A DNA stretch of 64,000 bases from the NCBI GenBank assembly GCA_951406725.2, contig OX597815.1, forward strand, positions 132,432,001 through 132,496,000, written 5' to 3'. The stretch is from Octopus vulgaris. Taxonomy: Eukaryota. Numbering within the stretch: the stretch's first letter is position 1; each line of letters opens with the position of its first letter. Shown here one piece after another: positions 56,105-64,000 of this stretch. The position numbers were made by a program, and so were the translations under genes. The notes under the pieces are model-generated. The model saw only the letters and a program-made list of their open reading frames with translations. It ran no database searches and had not been told where the DNA came from.

Positions 56105-57548
56105 TTTTTTTTTTCTAGTTTCAGCTCAGAGCTGCGGCCATGCTGATGCACCGCCGTTTTGTGCTACACTGTTATTACGACGAACCTCGTCTAATATGTG
56201 GCACTTGGTGAAGAATGGAGTTTGATATAGCTACTCTCATTTGCACCTCTTGCCGTGAGGTAGGTTCATCTGGGACTCTTGACAGGAAGATGTCCAGCTT
56301 TGATTTAAAAACCGCTACATCTACTTTGTGCAAGTTCCTCAGACTTTTTGGAAGAATATTAAAAAAGCTGTGGGCCCTTGAAACCCAGGCTGTTGCAGAA
56401 GCTGGTCCTGAAGCGTGATGGTATTGCTGGGATCTTTGGCACTATGCAGTATCGTCCCGTTCTAGCATTGGTGTAGCTTACAATGCCAAAATTTGGCACA
56501 ATTCCTTCCAGGATCTTCCAGACATATATTACTGCATACCTCTCCCGTCTTCTCTCCAGGTAGTAGAGTCTTAGCTGTTTCAACCTTTCCCAGTAGCTGA
56601 GCTGTTGCAAAGAGACGATCTTCTTTGTGAATCTTCTCTGGATTGCTTCAAGGTCCGCTGTTAATTTTACACTGGTGGGTGACCATAGCTGTGAGCAGTA
56701 ATCCAAGCGACTGAGGATGAATGTCCGCCAGAGGACCATCATGGTTTCCTTATCTCTGGTTCTGAATGTTCTTAGGATCCACCCAGCCAGTCGTCTGCAC
56801 TTTGTCACCATCCTGGTAATGTGCACTTGGAAAGAGGTATCATCACTCATGTCGATACCCAAGTCCCACACAGACTTAGGCTCTGGGATTGAAATTCCCT
56901 GTGGACCGGTGTATCCTGAAAGTTTAATATTTAGTTTTGGATGCTGGTAGCGCAGGGCCTGGAATTTTTCAGCATTAAACTGCATATTATTATCCTCAGC
57001 CCATCTGTAGATTGAGTCCAACTCCTGCTGCAGGTGTGCAACATCGCTGGGGTTCTGTATTTTTTGCGAGACTTTCGTATCGTCTGCATAGCTGGCCAGA
57101 GTGGCTATCCGGGCATTTGAGGCATATCTGAGAGGGCCACTATAAAGAGCAGTGGTCCCAAGACAGTGCCCTGTGGAACACCGCTCACTATTTGTGTGTT
57201 CATAGAGGTGGCTCCATTAACCACTACTGCCTGACTCCTATCTTTCAGGAAGTCATGCAAACACACTCCAAGTGTTCCAGCTATGCCGAGGTCACGTAGT
57301 TTGTGCCATATCATACCATGATCCACCTTGTCAAAAGCTTTTGCAAAATCAAGGTAGATTACGTTCACATTTGATTTGTTGAGTAACTGCTTCAACACCC
57401 AGTCATAATGCTGTAAGAGCTGGGTCAGGCAGCTCCTGCCTGGTCGAAAACCATGCTGAGTATTACTCAGCAAGTTATTTTCCTCAAGGAATGCGATTAG
57501 TTTCTTTCTGACTATCCTTTCCATGACTTTGCTGATGTGTGAAGTCAG
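56105..57548 (-). mobile_element. CR1-like LINE, RT domain to 3' end
   Basis: SKVMERIV, QHGFRPGRSC, YLDFAKAFDKVDH, SGVPQGTVLGPLLF, YADD, LDYCSQLWSP; few disruptions; 3' hairpin and A-rich tail. Confidence 0.95.
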
Positions 57549-58180
57549 AGAGAGATATATAATATACATAGAGAGAGAGACAGAGAGACGAAGAATACAG
57601 ACAGAGAGACAGACAGAGACACAACCACACTCTGTTTAATTCATCCTTTGTTCTGACTTCCTTTCTGTCTCTTCCCCCTTTCCTTTGCATAACACCATAT
57701 GCACCTATCCTGCTGTCGCACGCACTTTTTTCCTTGTATATTTAAAATTATTTTGTCGTGTTCGTGTTCGTTTTGTCCTGTATGTTCTTTGGGTACTCCC
57801 AGTGGCTTTCACTACTGGCGCCACCAAACGCGAACAATAGCAATGTGAAAGGCGTGAAATTGTAAGGATCTTTTGCACTCTCAAGCAGTGGCTCAGCAAC
57901 AAAATTTGCTAAGGAGGTGCAAACCCAGGTCCTTTTTTTATGAAAAATGTGGATTTTTCCAATGTTAACATTAAGACAAATGCAGGTATAATAATAATTT
58001 TTATTATTATGAGGGTCAGCTGAAATGTTCATAATCTGAGCAAGACACTCTCTATGGAATGTGACCAAATGAAGTTAATCCAAACAAGAAAACACAAAAG
58101 AACAAAAAAAACACAACAACGCGAAGACGTGGAACAAATATAGTATTATTGGACGCTCAGGAAAGAAGGGAAGAAGGAGG

Positions 58181-58215
58181 GTTTAACGTTTCGAGCGGAG
58201 CTCTTCGTCGGAAAC
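58181..58215 (-). ncRNA. Minimal type I hammerhead with CCGA core, in element 58072-58285
   Basis: GTTT-CCGACGA-A-GAGC tcc GCTC-GAAAC-GT-T-AAAC; stems I and II fully paired, stem III AACGTT palindromic. Confidence 0.7.
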
Positions 58216-58298
58216 ATAGGAGAAGGAAAGATCCTGAGAAGGGAAGACAGAGGAAAAAAATCGCCAACGGTACTCACGAGGTCATATATATATATATA

Positions 58299-58786
58299 TA
58301 TCAAAAGAAAAACAGGATGCAAAGGATTTAGCGGTACATATGTTTTTGGCTTTATTGGACAGTTTATATCAATGCATAATTGATGTAACATGTATGTCAA
58401 TAGCCTTCTTCAGCCGCGCACATTCTATATCGAGTGAAAAAATGATATGGACGTTTTGTTTTGGTGTCTCGCATTGCTATATATGACTATGAGGATTTGC
58501 ATCCCCAACGTAACTTGTCTTTTTCCCAAACTTCTTCTCAAACCTGCTATAATGTAATACATGTCTTTGGTGTGATAATTGTGCGCGCCTGAAGAAGGCT
58601 ATTGACAAACATGTAACATCAATTATGCATTGATATAAACTGTCCAATAAAGCCAGAAACATATATACCGCTAAATCCTTTGCATACTTTTTTTCTTTTG
58701 ATAAATATACCCTATCACCTACACCACTAACTGGCATATACAGGTGCTTAGAGTTATCAAGTATTCACCCTGAATTTTTTGTACCT

Positions 58787-58790
<4 letters not shown>
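58299..58790 (+). mobile_element. (TA)n-flanked HHR element with an inverted partial copy (arms 58299-58422 / 58580-58703)
   Basis: Each arm carries an HHR: 58331-58417(-) and 58585-58671(+). Confidence 0.85.
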
Positions 58791-58846
<56 letters not shown>

Positions 58847-59001
58847 GACAAAACAGGTTGCTTGACCGCATACCGAAAAAATAGAAATAGCAGTCAAGAA
58901 TGCTTATTTCTATCAAAGTTGGACTCCGGGCATGACAGACCCTGTAATTCACATATGCAAAACAGAAGGAATAGATAACGAATACGAAGTCTGGCGGTTA
59001 T

Positions 59002-59112
59002 CTGTGAACATCATGTTTCTGGATTATAAACATATTGAATATATATTCCATATATTTTTGAAATATATTTCATATATATTGCATATATATTTCACATCCT
59101 TCTTCAGCACAG
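59002..59112 (-). ncRNA. Type I hammerhead motif, inverted copy of the 618-bp unit
   Basis: Reverse complement of 59974-60084. Confidence 0.75.
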
Positions 59113-59973
59113 CTTTCCATTGAAAAAGATTTATCATAGATTTATCAAATGCTACGTACTCAAACCTTCTGACCATGCGACATCAAAATATTTGAAGAAA
59201 GTGAGCATAGGCTAAATCTACATAGACGTTTGAATTCATAAATCTTCCCTCCAAAATTCTGCCATGCGCATTACAAAAATAGGTGGTCAAAGGGAGTGAA
59301 AAATCCAAATAGTAATATAGTGATAAGAGTAAATAATTTCTATAAAGGCTTTTAAAAAAACCCCAATTATTTACTGGTAGAATTCGGTATGTAAATATAG
59401 CCGATTACCGGCAGGAACTTCTGTAAAGTTCAGTATATATATTGTATATAAGAAGAAGGGACAGGCAAAACAGGTTGCTTGACCGCATACCGAAAAAATC
59501 TTTTGTTTTGCATATGTGAATTACAGGGTCTGTCATGCCCGGAGTCCAACTTTGATAGAAATAAGCATTCTTGACTGCTATTTCTATTTTTTCGGTATGC
59601 GGTCAAGCAACCTGTTTTGCCTGTCCCTTCTTCTTATATACAATATATATACTGAACTTTACAGAAGTTCCTGCCGGTAATCGGCTATATTTACATACCG
59701 AATTCTACCAGTAAATAATTGGGGTTTTTTTAAAAGCCTTTATAGAAATTATTTACTCTTATCACTATATTACTATTTGGATTTTTCACTCCCTTTGACC
59801 ACCTATTTTTGTAATGCGCATGGCAGAATTTTGGAGGGAAGATTTATGAATTCAAACGTCTATGTAGATTTAGCCTATGCTCACTTTCTTCAAATATTTT
59901 GATGTCGCATGTTCAGAAGGTTTGAGGTACGTAGCATTTGATAAATCTATGATAAATCTTTTTCAATGGAAAG

Positions 59974-60084
59974 CTGTGCTGAAGAAGGATGTGAAATATA
60001 TATGCAATATATATGAAATATATTTCAAAAATATATGGAATATATATTCAATATGTTTATAATCCAGAAACATGATGTTCACAG
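59974..60084 (+). ncRNA. Type I hammerhead motif, 618-bp unit copy 1
   Basis: CTGTG-CTGAAGA-A-GGAT[long AT-rich arm]ATCC-A-GAAACAT g ATGT-T-CACAG; stem I CTGTG/CACAG, GUU triplet, predicted cut after 60079. Confidence 0.75.
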
Positions 60085-60591
60085 ATAACCGCCAGACTTC
60101 GTATTCGTTATCTATTCCTTCTGTTTTGCATATGTGAATTACAGGGTCTGTCATGCCCGGAGTCCAACTTTGATAGAAATAAGCATTCTTGACTGCTATT
60201 TCTATTTTTTCGGTATGCGGTCAAGCAACCTGTTTTGCCTGTCCCTTCTTCTTATATACAATATATATACTGAACTTTACAGAAGTTCCTGCCGGTAATC
60301 GGCTATATTTACATACCGAATTCTACCAGTAAATAATAGGGGTTTTTTTAAAAGCCTTTATAGAAATTATTTACTCTTATCACTATATTACTATTTGGAT
60401 TTTTCACTCCCTTTGACAACCTATTTTTGTAATGCGCATGGCAGAATTTTGGAGGGAAGATTTATGAATTCAAACGTCTATGTAGATTTAGCCTATGCTC
60501 ACTTTCTTCAAATATTTTGATGTCGCATGTTCAGAAGGTTTGAGGTACGTAGCATTTGATAAATCTATGATAAATCTTTTTCAATGGAAAG

Positions 60592-60702
60592 CTGTGCTGA
60601 AGAAGGATGTGAAATATATATGCAATATATATGAAATATATTTCAAAAATATATGGAATATATATTCAATATGTTTATAATCCAGAAACATGATGTTCAC
60701 AG
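60592..60702 (+). ncRNA. Type I hammerhead motif, 618-bp unit copy 2
   Basis: Same sequence as 59974-60084, shifted by 618. Confidence 0.75.
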
Positions 60703-60993
60703 ATAACCGCCAGACTTCGTATTCGTTATCTATTCCTTCTGTTTTGCATATGTGAATTACAGGGTCTGTCATGCCCGGAGTCCAACTTTGATAGAAATAA
60801 GCATTCTTGACTGCTATTTCTATTTTTTCGGTATGCGGTCAAGCAACCTGTTTTGCCTGTCCCTTCTTCTTATATACAATATATATACTGAACTTTACAG
60901 AAGTTCCTGCCGGTAATCGGCTATATTTACATACCGAATTCTACCAGTAAATAATTGGTTTTTTTTAAAAGCCTTTATAGAAATTATTTATTC

Positions 60994-61139
<146 letters not shown>

Positions 61140-61756
61140 GTCAGTAAATGGAGGGGTTGCGTTAACCGTACGTGGAGAAAAGATAGGAAAGGAAAAAATA
61201 CTAATAATAAGGCAGAATGCTAAACCGAAACTTCTTATCGCAAAATCCCAAACGCTTCTTAATATGCAAACTCCACGGTGACCGTATTCCTTTTTATAGC
61301 GTACCTAATTCAATACATATATATTTGTATTTCTAAGAATAGACATAAGCATCCCGTTGACAAAAAATCCAGCATTCCAATTAAAGAGTACAAAACCCAC
61401 AGAATTGTCTCCCTTTATCCACAGGAACTTGATAACTGCTACCCTATTTTCTGTTTGACATATAAACATCCAACCTTCCCGAACAAAACACTACACTTAA
61501 ACACATGCATTTTAATCCTTCAAACAAGTTTTTCCATGGAATGCTATTGAACTTTAAAAGTTTAAAGACACTATGATGTAGTAGTATATATTTATTATTA
61601 CTTTTTTGAAAAAAACATTATTTTTCACTCTTTCTCACCATGAAAGCCGCTTTGAAATACTTTTAAATCTTTCTTACACCCATATTTATTAAAATTTGCT
61701 TTCAGTTTATCATTCTGCCTTGTTATTATTACTTTTTTCCTTTCCTATATATACAT

Positions 61757-61822
<66 letters not shown>

Positions 61823-61830
<8 letters not shown>

Positions 61831-62038
61831 CGACTATCGTGGGTGTTACGTTCCAACCCCCCTCCGCGATAGTTGAAAATCTGCGAGGTAAAAACAATAT
61901 TGTACTGTAGTTTTTTTACTGTTTTTATAATTTGTATATATTCATTTTATTATAATTGCAAAACAACGCCACAGAGGAATCGACGTAAGCTTAATTAAAA
62001 CCGTGATAGGTGAACCGTGATATTGTGAGTGATTACTT
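61823..62038 (+). mobile_element. pogo/Tigger-type MITE
   Basis: Homologous to 49489-49700. Confidence 0.75.
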
Positions 62039-62103
<65 letters not shown>

Positions 62104-63249
62104 ATGCATTATGTATGCATGTATGTATATATAAAATCGAGACATTACACATATATTTCTGTTTGTGTTCGTATGCACGCATGTATGATGGCTCATGTGT
62201 GTTGGTTCTTTGTCCTTGTTCTTTAGGAGTAAGGTAAAGAAAATTAAAGCTGGAGTTGAATGACCATACGAGTTGAAGTTAGATATTTCAGTACAATTTT
62301 GAAAACAATTACATTTTCTCTCTTGAATAAGTGCTGAGTGTCATGTAAGTAAAATAGATGAACGTGTCTTTCTCTTTGAATATCAGCAAATTAATCATAA
62401 GAAATAAGAAGTCTAATAAATTCTAAACTCTGTCAAATAGCAGTCAGTTTCAGACGACAGTCTGAGATAAGTTAGTTAGTGTAAGCAGTAGAAAGAACGA
62501 GCAAGAACAACTGGTGTGAGATGGTAGTGTTAGAGACTAAGTCCAGTTCTTCGTGGAGAGAAAAAATTGTGATTATCAATGTAACCGCAAGAGCAGATTG
62601 CATAAATGTTTACAGTATTTTGCACGTATAAAAATTTTCTCAATTGTTAAATGAATTTATACTGAACAAGAAAAATGTCAATGCTTAGCCGTGTAAGCAT
62701 TTCTTACCGTATTTTAAGTTCCTTTATTTCTTTTTCTCAACCAACGAATGACAGTGTCACTAAAGACATTTCTAGGTCACTTATATAACATACATTTAAA
62801 AAATGCTGTTTTCCAAAACGGTGAATATATACTAAAAGAAACGAACGTTTGTGTACAGTTTCCTAAATAATTACTTTGTAAAACAATAAGCTGGAAGAAA
62901 CTGAGCGATAAAGTGATGAAACAGATACAGGAAATAAAAATACATACAAAGAGAAAAACTTGTATATTGAAAGTGTATATTCCTCCCGGTAAGAAGTGGT
63001 GGATCCAGCCATTATAAATAGACCAGTAGCCGGTCGTCAAGAGAGGGTCGGGAGGGAGTCGAAGAGTTGTGAGTCACAGTTCTAGGTGGTGTCTTGTGGA
63101 GCTATTGTCGAAGACAGAAATTAGTGTTTTACTATTCCGGTACGAAAAGTTACAACGGTATCCGATGACCAATAATTATTGTGGCTACTAGCGAAAAATA
63201 GCAACTACAGTACAAGAGCAGCCACACATCACAGCAGTTAGAGGAACTC

Positions 63250-63655
63250 ACTTTACAACAAAAACAAAATTCATGTGAAATTTCACCTGCAAAATAACTG
63301 CAGTGTCAAACGCAGGAAACGTCTTTTGTTACGAGGAAATTAATATAAACGCGAGAACAGAATAAGAAACGATCGTTTAAGAAATCACATAAAACATAGT
63401 GCATTGCATGATGTACTGGCTAGGAGAATAATAGAATAATTGCCCAAAGAAGAAGTTTCATCACACGGAAACATAAATGAAAGAAACACTGAAACTGAGA
63501 AATTTGCAGAATGAAAAGACTTATCACCAGAAGAAAACGATGTAATATATGAAATATTTACTGTAGCACGATGGAACAAAATTATTGCAAGAAGAAATTG
63601 AGACTAGTGTAGGTTAGAAAGACTAATAATTGTAGACATTGGAACTGATCACACT
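63250..63655 (+). mobile_element. Possible highly decayed Tc1/mariner-superfamily transposase fragment
   Basis: Only ERLIIVDIG (G.RLII.HIG-like) is recognisable. Confidence 0.3.
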
Positions 63656-64000
63656 TTACAGTACGATAAAGGTATAATTGAACAAAAGTAAAACAGTAAT
63701 GGATAAGGTCCACACCATTTGCGTTGGACAGCTTAACCTAGAATACCGGCGAAATGCAATGGTAAGGTTATGACACTCAAATTTTGGGAATCTGTTTCCT
63801 GTACACAGTACTAAATGCTGACTTAGAAGAATTTGTCTGGTTTTAGAATTTCGTGTTTGTTGCCTATGAATATCGAATCTGTTGATCAAGTTGAGTTTCA
63901 TTTGCATATGTAATCTTCTTTGAATTCATTATATATAACAGCTGTAATAAATACCTTGATAAATAGGTGAATTTGAATTTTGTTTTTATTTTTGTTTTTT

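Noticed and set aside
58932-59123. 63-aa ORF repeated in each 618-bp unit
   Set aside because: Antisense to the HHR and running through its AT-rich stem II; recurrence only reflects the repeat

Overview
Eukaryotic, AT-rich, repeat-dense non-coding DNA. It is most likely an Octopus (cephalopod) genome, inferred from the two dominant tRNA-derived SINE families and the extreme (TA)n/(TG)n density; no database search was run. I find no convincing host protein-coding exon. Most listed ORFs are microsatellite translations ([12 protein letters not shown]) or decayed transposon frames. The window holds SINEs of two families, CR1-like, RTE, R4/Dong-like and Tx1/L1-like LINE remnants, Tc1/mariner, pogo-type MITE and hAT remnants, two non-autonomous Helitron-like elements and a solo LTR. 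The main unexplained signal is a set of non-coding elements embedded in (TA)n tracts that carry type I hammerhead-ribozyme (HHR) motifs and often an inverted, fold-back partial copy of themselves, as in Penelope-like pLTRs or retrozymes. The best case is a near-identical 618-bp HHR-containing unit present as about 2.4 direct copies plus about 1 inverted copy (58849-61005). Several HHRs show recurrent non-canonical cores, and four more elements show the HHR core motifs in permuted order. Both SINE families also share their 3' tails with LINEs present in the same window.
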